Made by a program: the position numbers and the translations under genes
Shown here: positions 24,173-36,650 of the stretch, in pieces
Layout of the letters: every line of letters begins with the position of its first letter
Position numbering within the stretch: the first letter of the stretch is position 1
Notes under the pieces: model-generated
Told to the model about the DNA's origin: nothing
What the model saw: only the letters and a program-made list of their open reading frames with translations
Database searches by the model: none
Assembly: GCF_001194135.2 (NCBI RefSeq)
Contig: NC_068983.1
Coordinates: 137,806,734 to 137,870,733, forward strand
DNA from: Octopus bimaculoides
Lineage: Eukaryota
DNA: 64,000 nucleotides
Direction of reading: 5' to 3'

Positions 24173-26872
24173 GTTAAAAATAAGGTAAAAGTTTTTATTT
24201 TTTCTTCCCTTTGAAATGTTTTACTTTGTAGTTTTCGGTCGTTTTTGACTGTCTTCTAGCGTGTAGAAGTTACCTGTTATGGGTAATTTCTCCTATACTT
24301 TATATATGTATATATGTATATATATATGTATATATATGTATGTATATATATATATATGTATATATGTATATATGTATGTATGAGGGCATAACTGTACAAG
24401 AATGCTTCACGTTAACTACGTAATATTACTCACTCTTAAGATAGAAAGATGGATAGATAGAGAGGGAGAGACAGAAAGAGAGCCAGAGTAAAGGCTACAC
24501 TTGTGTCAATATGCAAGGAGGTCAAACTTCGAAAACGACTCATAGTAACTTACACAGGTAATTGTAGAGCAACTAGAATGAAATGAAGTGTTTTACCAAA
24601 GGAAATAAGCCTGTCGGATACACGAACATATGATATTAAATTAGATTACAAGCAGTATTACAAGCATGTCATGTCCATGCTAAATAAAAAGTGCACAATT
24701 GGTAGAGTGAATAAATTCACTACTTTTCAGCATTTTATTTTGAATCTGTATCTTTTTATTTCTATAAACACCAGAATGTACCAATCCTTAACTTTGACTG
24801 ATTCAATCAAATATTCATTGTCTGAATGAGTTCTGCAATGACAGTAATCTTTAAATGAAACTCTTGTGGATAAATAGATAGGAAAAGTAAGCTACCGACG
24901 AGCTGAGTCTTATTATCAATTTCAATTTCTGGATGAAAAAAATTAACTTCATTGTTTTTATTATAAACATTTCGAGAAACACACGGATCTATCACGGACA
25001 TATTTTCATATGCTTTCAATTCTTGGAATTTTGTTTTCTTGGTTATGGTTGTGACTTCTGTTTCTTGGGCAGTGTTAAGAATTAGGACAAAAGTTAGTAT
25101 AGTTAAATCAAATACGACAAAAACAGTGACGTCTGCGAGTATTTACAAACGGTGACATTATATCTAACAAAAAGGAACCAGTGTTTTCCTTGTGGCCTAA
25201 TGAATAATGTATTAGAATTTCAGCTAATTGGCCTTGAATTTAAATTCAGCGTCAGTCACTGTTCCTAAAGGGAATAAGTGTATGAGATATGTATGTATGT
25301 ATGTATGCATGCATGCGTGTATATATATTTGTGTGTATATGTGTGTGTGTATGCGTGCTTGTGTGCGTGTGCACATGTGTGTGTTTGTGTCAGTGTATGC
25401 GTTTGTAGATATGTGTGAATATGTGTTTCATAGACTTGTGGGTTATTGGAAATTCTGAACGTCATCTCATTCATGTTCTGTATCAAAAGCAACAGCCAAC
25501 TCGAGTTTTAATTTCCTACTTGACTACAGTCAGTGTGACATAAGGACGAAATGATTTGGCTCAGCAAATATTCGTATTTGTTTTACTCTAGGATGCGAAG
25601 TTAAAGCAACAAGGATATTGTTGGGGAATCTAAACCAAGGAAGATACTGTGAGACATCAGTAGTTACCTTTCGAATTATGGCGCGGTTCTCAAATGAGAT
25701 TCTTCTGTAGTTGAGTTCTGTTTTAGGTTTTTTGTGAGTGACGTATTCAACTTTTCAGTACATCAATACAAACTGTATGTCTAGCCGTAAGTCTCAACTA
25801 CGGAATCTGAGTTTTGAGGAAACTACAAAAATACTAAAAAGAAAAGGGCATAAACAAATAAAGATGGGAGGGATTTTGCGTTTTTTCAAGGGATTTAACT
25901 ATAATTTTTGTTGTCCTAGATACACTGGATATGAAAATAGAATTGAATGGTCACGGCTGATCGCAACCAAGGTTGGCTTGAAGCTAACGACAGCAAAAAC
26001 AGTAGCATTTGCAGCGGCAGCAACGGAATATGAACCTGCACACTATGCACTAAATCTGCAGCACCTCTATTTAGAGACAAAAGCTTGACTTTTATATGAC
26101 ATTAGCGAACAATTCCTGCATAATTCTATCGTAGGTTTATTGTTTTTTTCCCCTTTCAAATATTCTGAAAGAACTGTCAATTGTTCAGACCTTGCATGTC
26201 CTAAATGTCAAAAAGTCAACGCGCTGATATCAAACGTTTTATGATTACGTTAAAAGCGGAGCCCTTTGATAAACTCTTTGACAAATTATCACTCCTGGAA
26301 TGTACTAAAAGCACTTAAATAAGAAATAAAGGAATAGAAAGCAACAAAGTAAAGACTGCAACAAGCTTACTACTAATCCACATTTACAGGAAAGGAAATA
26401 ACTTTTGTAACGCTTCTTTAATTATATCTCTCTTTAGCGACATGCGTTATTGTTTTAATAACAAAGTCTCATTTTCTTCAGTTTTAATTTAGTGATCTTC
26501 TGTACTTTAATCAAATAGTATAATTGATTGTTCGATTCTCAGATCTTAATCAACATTTGTTATTTCACACCTGTTAACGTTTTACACATTTCTTTGAAAA
26601 ATGAAGCGAAAATGTCATATTTACTGTATTTTTGTTTCAGTGCGTAAGCGCGTGAGCTTATGTATGTATGCATGCAGTTGTGTGTGTATGTGAGTGTGTG
26701 TGTGTGTGTATGTGTGTGTGCGCGCGCGCGCGCGCGTGCTTTTGCGTGTGAGTATTACAACATTTTGTTGAAATTGAACTTTCCACCCTTTATCATTCAA
26801 TTCAAATTTAACGATTGTATTTGTTCTTAAGAAATAGAATGATTAGTTACGAAAAAGAGCATAGCTAAACAG

Positions 26873-26924
<52 letters not shown>

Positions 26925-27609
26925 GCATATATGCATATATACACACATGCATACATAAATACAAAGAGTAAAAGAAGATAGGGAGAGAGAGGGAGGATTT
27001 TTCAGGAAAAGTCAATATTCAACTTCATTCTGGTTAAATGATTAAAAGCAATCATTTGAAGAAATATGGCGGCTTAGAAGACAGCGCTGTGTTATTAATC
27101 AGTCTGTAACTTCTCCGCCTTCTCCAACTTAAATTTAACTTGTACCATATTTCACTACATCTAGTAAACACCTACATTTTTCAATATAACTCCCCTTTTC
27201 TTGTTAATACTGTTTTTTTTTTATTAGAAAAATAACCCGCAGTGATCATGAACCAATTGAGAGAATGGCTCTATTCAACAGACATTCTAGATATAGCAAT
27301 CAAAAATTCCTCAACTCATCCCCTACAATTTTAGAAAATAATGGAAAATGTTATATGTGCATTATGTCTAAGGAGAGACGGGATGAGCTTGGCTGAGCTA
27401 ATTTTTCTCTCTTCAGAACAATACACACACGACAGTAAATTTCTCCAGCCACAAAAAATTTAAAGAAAGGGAGGATGATATAAACTATAAAAGGGAAAGA
27501 AAGGAAGGATAGACGCGGTTGGAATACGTTTTATCATAAGGATGCTCGGTGCATGATCAAGGTGGTACTAAACAAAAAAGAGCAGCTACTAATAACATCA
27601 CAATCAAAC

Positions 27610-27805
27610 ACGAGAGACCTTTACATGGTCTCTCGACCCTTTGGAAATATAAATCTATAGAACTTCGAATCACACTGTACCATTAAAAAAATATAGGACA
27701 TACTGGGTATGTCCTATATTATATCCGATACATTATGTCTAGAAGAAATTGATTGGATGGTCATAGTTAATTTACCTTTCACCCGAGGCTAAACAACAAC
27801 AACAC
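27610..27805 (+). mobile_element. SINE-like family D ending in (CAA)n
   Basis: atggtctctcgacc...gatacattatgtctag...ggatggtcatag...gaggctaaacaacaacaac; related to 27990-28145. Confidence 0.45.
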
Positions 27806-27989
27806 CTATAACATTTCTTTCAAATCTCACCCTGTAGTTTCAGAAGAAAGTACAAATAATATAATGTAATCCTAGATATACTGAAATGTAAGTTGATGGG
27901 ATGGGTATGGACGAAACGCTTTTGATTATAGATTATCTCGCTCTGTGTTCATTTACAGCTTTGGAACAGTAACGGTGGGAGGTAAGTTA

Positions 27990-28145
27990 TCTTTTGTGGT
28001 CTCGCAGAAACGGCAGCGACGTCTCCTACAAATATATCAAACTGTTTTTTTAAAAAAATATCAACACATTCGATTATGTACTCCTGGATACACTTTGCAT
28101 CAATAAAGGAGAGGATGGTCACGACTGGAATCCTTTTGATCATCA
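27990..28145 (+). mobile_element. SINE-like family D fragment
   Basis: gcagaaacggcagc...acacattcgattatgtactcctggatacac...ggatggtcacgactggaatccttttgatc. Confidence 0.45.
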
Positions 28146-29197
28146 CGCAAACAATGTCAGTACCAAAACCTTTATTTTCGCAATAACTCAAACCTTGACC
28201 ACCAATAACAACAGTGATAATTTCACTAATTATTTTACAAATGAGATGTTTAATCCATTTATTATTATTAACGACTTCATTCAATAGCCTTTTATATTAA
28301 CCCTTTATATTAATTAAGCTTCACATATTAACTGTAACTCTCATATTAATTAAACATATTAGCCATCATATAACTGATATGACAATATCCAACCACAACC
28401 CCTTCAGCACCGCCACTCCTCAATAGCGGCGTCTTCGAAACAAGCCAATGAAGTAGCTTCTATGAAAGCGTTCGACCTATTTGAAATAATAGTGAAAGTC
28501 CCTTAAATCACGATCTGCTGTCTTAAAAGTGGAGGAACACATTGAGATATACTGTGTACTGTATCTGAAAAAAAAGAAAAAGAAAAGAATAGGTTTGTTC
28601 CAGTAAAAAATGACCTGGGCTAAATAAGAACAAGAACAAGAACAATAACAACAAACTATTTTCTCATAAATTAAAAACTTTGCAATCATTTGCGATGCAT
28701 TTGTGTATGTACATTTGTGTGAATGTATGTGTGTATGTATGTGTGCAGACGCGCGCGCGCCTGTAAATTTGAGCAGAAGAACATCTCTTCACAACGTGTT
28801 GTTTCTATCAATACATTTCGTTATTTTCTGTGACTTTGTTTTGCTTTGCTTTTGTTTTCTTTAACAAAAGCTTTGTTTTCCTTAGAGATTTTGGGACATT
28901 GTCCGAAGTCTGATCTTGAGCAGAGTATTCTGATATTTTTGATTTGACTATTAACATTGCATTCATCTTGTGTGAAAGTAAAAATAGAAGTAGTCAGATT
29001 TAATGAAATAATAACAAAAACGATTGCAAGAGCAACAACAAAATAACAAGAACAAACAGACAAACAGAAATTATATGAAAAAGAAAACAGTTACAGCATA
29101 AAATGGAGAAGCAGAAGTCGAAGACGAAGAATAAGAATCAGAATAAGAAGAGTAAAGTGAATGAGAAGAACAAGGAGGTAAAGAGGACAAGAAAGAA

Positions 29198-29213
29198 AAT
29201 AATAATAATAATG

Positions 29214-29272
<59 letters not shown>

Positions 29273-29285
29273 CATTATTATTATT
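29198..29285. repeat. (ATA)n microsatellite in a simple-repeat-rich tract
   Basis: Direct reading of the sequence. Confidence 0.97.
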
Positions 29286-30967
29286 GCAAAAGAAGGAGAA
29301 TAACAAGAATATGTACAAGAGAGCAGTGAAAGAGTACAAGAAGAAAAAGAAATGATGAAGAGGAGAACAGTTAGAACAAGAATAAAAATATCTTGAAGTC
29401 TTAGAACAAGAAAAACATGTGGTGTTAATGGTGGTGGTGGTAGTGGCGGCGTTGGTAGTAGTAGTAGTAATGGTAATTAGGAGAAGAAGAAGAAGAAGGA
29501 GGAGAAGATGATGAGGAGGGGGAAGCAAATGAAAATGGAAAACAAGTCCCATAAGATGGAAAAATGGAGAAGAAAGATATTTTCGAAAGAGAAACAGAGA
29601 TAGAAAAAAAATGTTGGAAAATAAATAACATAAATGCCCCAAATATAGCAAAAGTTTTACATGAAGTAGAATAATAGAAATGTGTTTATTAGTTTTAACA
29701 AAAGATATTCCCTGTATATTTTTTCGGAGTTGGGAAATAGGAAATGCAATCAATAAACTTAACAACTGTTAAACTATCAGCCTGGGAATACAAAGAAGAG
29801 AGGGAGAGAGAGAGGGGGGGGGGCGAAATAGTGATAGCTAGAACGACAGTCAGAAGGAAGGAGAGTTAGATACAGCAAGAGATAAACAGTTTGATGAATG
29901 AGTGACGGTGTAACACACACACACACACTGATACACACACACATACATGCACGCGCACACACACACACACACACATACACACTTTTGATATATATGTATA
30001 TAGTAATTTCATTTGGTTGCTTTNNNNNNNNNNNNNNNNNNNNNNNNNNNNNNNNNNNNNNNNNNNNNNNNNNNNNNNNNNNNNNNNNNNNNNNNNNNNN
30101 NNNNNNNNNNNNNNNNNNNNNNNNNNNNNNNNNNNNNNNNNNNNNNNNNNNNNNNNNNNNNNNNNNNNNNNNNNNNNNNNNNNNNNNNNNNNNNNNNNNN
30201 NNNNNNNNNNNNNNNNNNNNNNNNNNNNNNNNNNNNNNNNNNNNNNNNNNNNNNNNNNNNNNNNNNNNNNNNNNNNNNNNNNNNNNNNNNNNNNNNNNNN
30301 NNNNNNNNNNNNNNNNNNNNNNNNNNNNNNNNNNNNNNNNNNNNNNNNNNNNNNNNNNNNNNNNNNNNNNNNNNNNNNNNNNNNNNNNNNNNNNNNNNNN
30401 NNNNNNNNNNNNNNNNNNNNNNNNNNNNNNNNNNNNNNNNNNNNNNNNNNNNNNNNNNNNNNNNNNNNNNNNNNNNNNNNNNNNNNNNNNNNNNNNNNNN
30501 NNNNNNNNNNNNNNNNNNNNNNNNNNNNNNNNNNNNNNNNNNNNNNNNNNNNNNNNNNNNNNNNNNNNNNNNNNNNNNNNNNNNNNNNNNNNNNNNNNNN
30601 NNNNNNNNNNNNNNNNNNNNNNNNNNNNNNNNNNNNNNNNNNNNNNNNNNNNNNNNNNNNNNNNNNNNNNNNNNNNNNNNNNNNNNNNNNNNNNNNNNNN
30701 NNNNNNNNNNNNNNNNNNNNNNNNNNNNNNNNNNNNNNNNNNNNNNNNNNNNNNNNNNNNNNNNNNNNNNNNNNNNNNNNNNNNNNNNNNNNNNNNNNNN
30801 NNNNNNNNNNNNNNNNNNNNNNNNNNNNNNNNNNNNNNNNNNNNNNNNNNNNNNNNNNNNNNNNNNNNNNNNNNNNNNNNNNNNNNNNNNNNNNNNNNNN
30901 NNNNNNNNNNNNNNNNNNNNNNNGGTAGCAGAAGAAACAGAAAGACACAGACACACATACACATCTA

Positions 30968-31346
30968 GGGCGATAGTAGAAGGCACTTACCTAAGGCGGC
31001 GAGCTGGCTGAAACGTTAGCACGCCGTTTAGCCCCTTGTGGGCAATAAAGAAATTAGAAACGTTAGCACGCCGGGCGAAATGCTTAGCGGTATTTCTTCT
31101 GTCTTTGTGTTCTGAGTTCAAAATCCGCCGAGGTCGACTTTGCCTTTCATCCTTTCGGGGGTCGATAAATTAAGCACCAGTTGCGTACTGGTGTCGATGT
31201 AATCGACTGGCCCCCTCCCCAAAAATTTCGGGCTTTGTGCTAAGAGTAGAAAAGAGAAGGCACTTATCTAATTTCCGCGCAATGGGGCCGAACCCGAAAC
31301 CACGTTGTTGCAAAGCGCGCTTGTTAACTATACGGCTATGCCTGCA
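30968..31346 (-). mobile_element. SINE family A head interrupted by a SINE B insertion
   Basis: Minus-strand A head split at the duplicated agaaggcactta(c/t)ctaa (30978-30994 and 31255-31271). Confidence 0.7.
30995..31254 (+). mobile_element. SINE family B containing a 30-bp insert with its own 17-bp duplication
   Basis: Full B copy; gaaacgttagcacgccg occurs at 31010-31026 and 31057-31073 around tttagccccttgtgggcaataaagaaatta. Confidence 0.88.
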
Positions 31347-31452
31347 TATTTGACCGTCTCTCTCTCTGTTTCTCTGTATATATATATAATAAAATGAGAC
31401 AGCAAACCCAAGACTGTGTGGAATTTTCAGGACATTTATAAGGAGAAAGTTA

Positions 31453-31500
31453 GTCTTACAACTGTTTCTGAGATATTAGGGATACCCCTTCATCAGAGAC
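31453..31500 (-). ncRNA. Minimal type I hammerhead motif, left arm
   Basis: GUCU-CUGAUGA-A GGGGUA UCCCUAA UAUCUC A-GAAA-C AGUU-GUA-AGAC; stem I 4 bp, stem II 6 bp with an A.A mismatch at the base, 2-bp stem III. Confidence 0.6.
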
Positions 31501-31580
31501 GATGTGAGATGGTTAAACAGAGGAAAATAAACTCCTTATATTGAACTCTAATATTTCCCTCTATTTAACCATCGCACATC

Positions 31581-31628
31581 GTCTCTGATGAAAGGATATC
31601 CTTAATATTCCGGAAACTACTGTAAGAC
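31581..31628 (+). ncRNA. Minimal type I hammerhead motif, right arm
   Basis: GUCU-CUGAUGA (31585-31591)-AAGGAUA UCCUUAA UAUUCCG-GAAA (31613-31616)-C UACU-GUA (31622-31624)-AGAC; two mismatches at the base of stem II. Confidence 0.55.
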
Positions 31629-31816
31629 TATCTTTCTCTTTATTAATGTCCTGAAAATTTCACACACCCTTGGCTTCATTGCCTCATTTTATTTAACGTA
31701 TACATGTTCATACAAGACCCGCATTAGACTTCTCCCTCGTAACATTATCGAACCGAGAGTTTAACTACGGTCCTTCCATAGCACTTACATTCTGGATACG
31801 AATATCTGTCATATAG

Positions 31817-31919
31817 GTTATAGTAGAAGAAACTTGCCCAAGGTGCCACGCAGTGGGAATGAACCCAGAACCATGTGGTTGGTAAGCAAGCTACTTACCA
31901 CACAGCCACTCCTGCACCT
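31817..31919 (-). mobile_element. SINE family A head
   Basis: cttgcccaaggtgccacgcagtgggaatgaacccagaaccatgtggttggtaagcaagctacttaccacacagccactcctgcacc. Confidence 0.85.
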
Positions 31920-32129
31920 ATATAAAAGGATTTCAACAATTAATTGATACCAAATTGACGTATTCCCTAAGCTGCATGCTTGCTTGGATGTAGATATAAT
32001 TGTGTTTGTATTTTGGCAAACCTTTCTACGTTTTTAAGTTAGCATTCAAATTCACATATGGGTATATATTTATTCAGGCATTTATATACCCAAGAGAATA
32101 TTATAAAAAGTCCATCCCAAACATGACGA

Positions 32130-32760
32130 AAGTTAGAAAATATTTAATTTGGTATAATTCTCTATTTAATCAAGATGGTTCTATTAATAAAGCTTGGAGC
32201 CTCTTGATAGTAATTAGATAGCAGTCCTCAAGAACCCATAGTTATAATAAAGTCTTCAACTCTCATAATGTCATGGCTAGCTACTCATGCTTAAATAAAA
32301 TCACTTCCAACACTGTAAGATATAACAGAAGCAAGCATGCACCCACATAGTATTTCACTTGTAATTTCCGAAATTCTACCAACAACCACTGGGTGCATCC
32401 CGCTTATCAAAGAAACACTTCAAACTCTCTGGAGGCATCATGAGGCACCAGACAGCTAGGCAGTGCTTTCATGGAAAACTTTTTCCATCACGTGCACTGC
32501 TTCTAATATAGGACAAGAAGAACTCAACCTGTATGGTCCTTTTAACCTGGAAACTGTAAGATCAAGAAGACGACTTCCCCAATGTGATATTGAACATTCT
32601 TGACAGGGTACAGTTATACTAATTTTCATTTGGTACATGCTGACTCTGCTTCTGTGAGAAAATGCATTATATTTTAGCAGTCTGCAGTACCTGTCATTAA
32701 GAAAAACCTGTTTCTTATCATGATATATCATGTATATTGATAAAGTTGTGTTAGGTGAGC
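32130..32760 (+). mobile_element. Penelope-like element, RT-endonuclease linker fragment, decayed
   Basis: RKYLIWYNSLFN...YNKVFNSHNVMASYSCLNKI...CNFRN matches the PLE WFNPP, HKIFN...KISYSC and CNC motifs. Confidence 0.6.
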
Positions 32761-32916
32761 TAATTTAAAAAATAGATACTAATATGTGTAACACATCTTC
32801 CTACTTTGCTCTTTTTATTGTATCTTAATATTCGTTTCAGAGATATATCTTTGCTATTTATCTTTTATAAGAAACACTAAACTATATTCAATGACCTTTG
32901 AACGATACCATAGTCG

Positions 32917-32917
<1 letters not shown>

Positions 32918-32990
<73 letters not shown>
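32918..32990. repeat. (CA)n microsatellite
   Basis: Direct reading of the sequence. Confidence 0.97.
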
Positions 32991-32993
<3 letters not shown>

Positions 32994-33200
32994 GGGTTGG
33001 ACAAAATAATGGAAACACCTAGCATCATAGCATCATAATTTTGAAATATCTATAAAACCGTCAAAAGCGTGTTTATTTTTGTGTTTTTTTATTTATTATT
33101 AGTGTTGCTTAATATGTTTTGCTAAAATTGCTGTTTCTTTTCAGATATCATCAGAAAAAGGTAATTAAAATTCATTAAAATGACAGATTTTTATCGAGAA
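32989..33200 (+). mobile_element. Tc1-like DNA transposon, 5' end
   Basis: cagaggggttggacaaaataatggaaacacc resembles Tc1 TIRs (CAGGGGTTGGACAA...GAAACACC); ATGACAGAT at about 33180 may be a truncated transposase start; no partner TIR seen. Confidence 0.5.
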
Positions 33201-34049
33201 AATTCTAAACTGAAACCTCTATGTCATTAAACTTATAATTTATAATTTTAATTTACCATGGTAATATTTACTTGTTTGATATTCTCCCTTTATTTGAGAT
33301 TTAGTCTTATGTTCTACAAAAATACATAAAAACAGCATAATATCATTCACACTTCTACTCGCAAATAAATACATAAATTAAGACCGATACACACACAAAA
33401 CATAACTAAAACATCAACACAAAAGCTTAAATATTTCAGATACCTATGATAGCCTTTTTTCACCTAGAAACAATACCCCTGCATTCCTATTTCTTACTTG
33501 GACAATCATTTGCCATTATTTTTTTTTTCATTATCTTTTGTTTCCTTCATCTTTTTCGTTATTCTTCCTTTCATTTTACTTCTTAACCCAGTCCCCTTTA
33601 ACATATTTATTTGACCTTTCAAAACATTCATCAGATTTTTGCGCTTACAAAAAAAAAGCTAATAACAAAAACAAAAACAAAAACGCAACCCATAAAAAGA
33701 CTCGTGTTATTTAGAATTTTAACTACAACTATAGTTCACTACATTCAGCATCCCTTTCAATTAATGAGAGTTTCCATCATTTTCCTTTATAGATATCAGA
33801 ATTGTTTTTTCACTACTTAAATAAGCTGCCTAGTGAAAGTTATATTTCCGTTGAAAACAAATTTTATCATAATTTTACCTGATGAATCAACAAAACTTCT
33901 GTTGTTATTCTTAAAATCGCTATAAAATATTGACTTGACTTTAACTAAATACACATACATCTATTCATTCATTCCGCGACACATGCATGTATCTGTATGA
34001 GTGCATGTGTGTTCGTGCATATATATATATATATATATAGAAAAATTTT

Positions 34050-34227
34050 TTAATTAAGGTACTCAGAAACCTGGATGTTTGTACATTTACAGATTTTTAT
34101 TAATGTCACATATTAAATGAAGCGCTTTTCATCTAGTCGTGTAGGTGAAAAGCGCTTCATTTAATATGTGACATTAATAAAAATCTGTAAATGTACAAAC
34201 ATCCAGGTTTCTGAGTACCTTAATTAA
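34050..34227. repeat. Near-perfect 178-bp palindrome
   Basis: 86-bp arms (34050-34135 and 34142-34227) with one mismatch and a 6-nt loop gtcgtg; the right end abuts an N gap. Confidence 0.92.
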
Positions 34228-34400
34228 NNNNNNNNNNNNNNNNNNNNNNNNNNNNNNNNNNNNNNNNNNNNNNNNNNNNNNNNNNNNNNNNNNNNNNNNN
34301 NNNNNNNNNNNNNNNNNNNNNNNNNNNNNNNNNNNNNNNNNNNNNNNNNNNNNNNNNNNNNNNNNNNNNNNNNNNNNNNNNNNNNNNNNNNNNNNNNNNN

Positions 34401-34441
<41 letters not shown>

Positions 34442-35117
34442 ACACGGATACGCCTGACCGAGCGGAGATACTGAAAGAGATGTGATATGTGAAAGAGATG
34501 AAAGGAGGAAGAGAAAATATCGTAGATTGGTAGATGAATGGATGGATAGAGAGATAGCGAAAGAGAGGAAGAAAAGTTGGTAATAGAGACAGCTCACCAA
34601 AATATCTCTCGGAATATATAGAAAAAGCAGAAAAATTCCACCTCTACCAAATAACGACAAACAAACAGAAAAAACAACAATTTTTTTAGAAAATGTAGAC
34701 ATTTCTGTAATTTCGAGAAGCAGAGCCAAAGAGATTTGAGGATGCGAAAAGACGGCGAAATTATATGACGTTGGAGGTGTGATGGACTGTGATAATTATG
34801 AAGCGAATGTGGTGGTGGTGGTGGTGGTATATATAATGGTGGTAATAGATTGTTTTATTAAAATTATAATTTCAAAGCAAATTGAATCAGTCTTAGAAAA
34901 ATTCCCTCGGCAAATGACGAAAATATTTTTGCAAAGGAATATTCTTTAAATGCCAAGTTCGAAATGCGTCAATATTATGAATGAATTCAATTGTAGATCA
35001 TTCTCGTGATACCAAACGTAGAAAGGCTAAATGTTTATGTACAAAATAGAGAGAAAAAGATATATATATGTATATATAGCGAAATAGACAGAAAAAACAA
35101 ATAGAGAAATAGAGAGC

Positions 35118-35171
<54 letters not shown>

Positions 35172-35306
35172 TCTTATTATGGCTTCGCTATTGTAACTCA
35201 TCAATACACTTTTCATTACGATCAAATCATCTGAGTGGCATGAGTAAAAGTAACAAGGGAATTCTCGGTTTATTATGAGAGTAGAAACATTACTAACACC
35301 ACCACC

Positions 35307-35362
<56 letters not shown>

Positions 35363-36355
35363 AACCACCATTACCTTCGCCACAGCTACCACCTGTAATC
35401 ACAAAAATAATCGCAATCAACGCAAGAAAAAAAAAAAGAGATTAAAAAAGAAAAAAAACAAAGAACCCAAACAAGTAGAGAAAATGCTGCTCTCGAGAAT
35501 ACTATAAATTGTTGAATATATTGTGATGTAATATAAATATTTAGATATGTTCAGACGTGAAATGTGGGAATAATATGTGGCAGATGTTAATTTTGTCGTT
35601 GAACAAGAAAATATTATAAAAGAATGTTTTCATCTTTCTCTCTCTCTCTCCCTCTCTCTCTCTCACCCCTCTCTCTCCCTCTCTCTNNNNNNNNNNNNNN
35701 NNNNNNNNNNNNNNNNNNNNNNNNNNNNNNNNNNNNNNNNNNNNNNNNNNNNNNNNNNNNNTCTCTCTCCCTCTCTCTCTCACACACACACATGCACCTG
35801 TATATACACACACACGCACACATATAAGTATTTATAGATACAAATAAATATATGTATATATGTATGTATTTGTGTACACACACACACACACACACACACA
35901 AATATACAAACATATCCTTAAATATACATTCATACATAAATATCTGCATCAAATCTATGCGTATATTTATGTATGCTTGTATATATGTATGTATGTACAT
36001 ATATACAAACATGCGTACATATATGTACATATATATATGTACGCACACACACACACACGCATACACATTTAACATCAACTTAATATTAAAAAGCATCTAG
36101 GAATATCTTAGTTAATGCGAGTATGCCGACTCTGCAATTATATGAATGTTTTAAATATTTTTATATATAATCTTATAATGAAAAATGAAAGATATCTCCA
36201 GAGGTCTTATTTAATTTCATAATACAGTTAAGGAACGAAAATGACATTCATATAAATCAAACTCGAGAGAATAATTTAAAAATATATTCTGACAAAGTTT
36301 TTCTGAAAATATCTAAATATGTTAAATAATCTTTTCTTCGACTTTGAAGGCGTGG

Positions 36356-36392
<37 letters not shown>

Positions 36393-36489
36393 GAAACCTA
36401 ATATTGCACACGTTTTCATGTGGATTGTAAGTTGAAAAGATCAAGCCACTTATAGCGAACTATTAAAATGCTTTAGAAAAAAAATCTAA

Positions 36490-36638
36490 GGCGTGACTGT
36501 GTGGTAAGAAGCTTTCTCCCTGAACACATGGTTCTTGGTTCAGTCTCACAGAATGGCACTTTGGGTAAGTGTCATCTACTGTGACCTCGGACCGACCGTG
36601 TGTGTGGATTGGGTAGACTGAAATTGAAAGAAGCCCGT
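36490..36638 (+). mobile_element. SINE family A head
   Basis: ggcgtgactgtgtggtaagaagc...ggttcagtctcac...gcactttgggtaagtgtc...gaaagaagcccg. Confidence 0.75.
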
Positions 36639-36650
36639 TTGTACTCCTAG

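Larger units (their letters stand above)
31388..31693. mobile_element. Foldback element with intact HHR core nucleotides on both arms
   Basis: Arms about 31388-31529 and 31552-31693 are reverse complementary; + HHR at 31581-31628 and - HHR at 31453-31500. Confidence 0.85.

Noticed and set aside
27060-27075. AATATGGCGGC, YY1/initiator-like
   Set aside because: Imperfect match, ATG is followed by a stop after three codons, and there is no other promoter evidence.
29777-31011. Long ORFs of 200-400 aa here and at 5.9-6.7, 16.4-17.5, 39.7-41.6, 42.7-43.3, 47.2-48.5, 53.3-54.1 and 62.6-63.6 kb
   Set aside because: They are open only because N runs translate as X; they are assembly-gap artefacts.
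33135-33160. Other isolated CTGATGA/TCATCAG hits (12431, 15856, 33148, 33879, 52637, 53266)
   Set aside because: No correctly spaced GAAA with pairable stems; several lie inside coding TE fragments.
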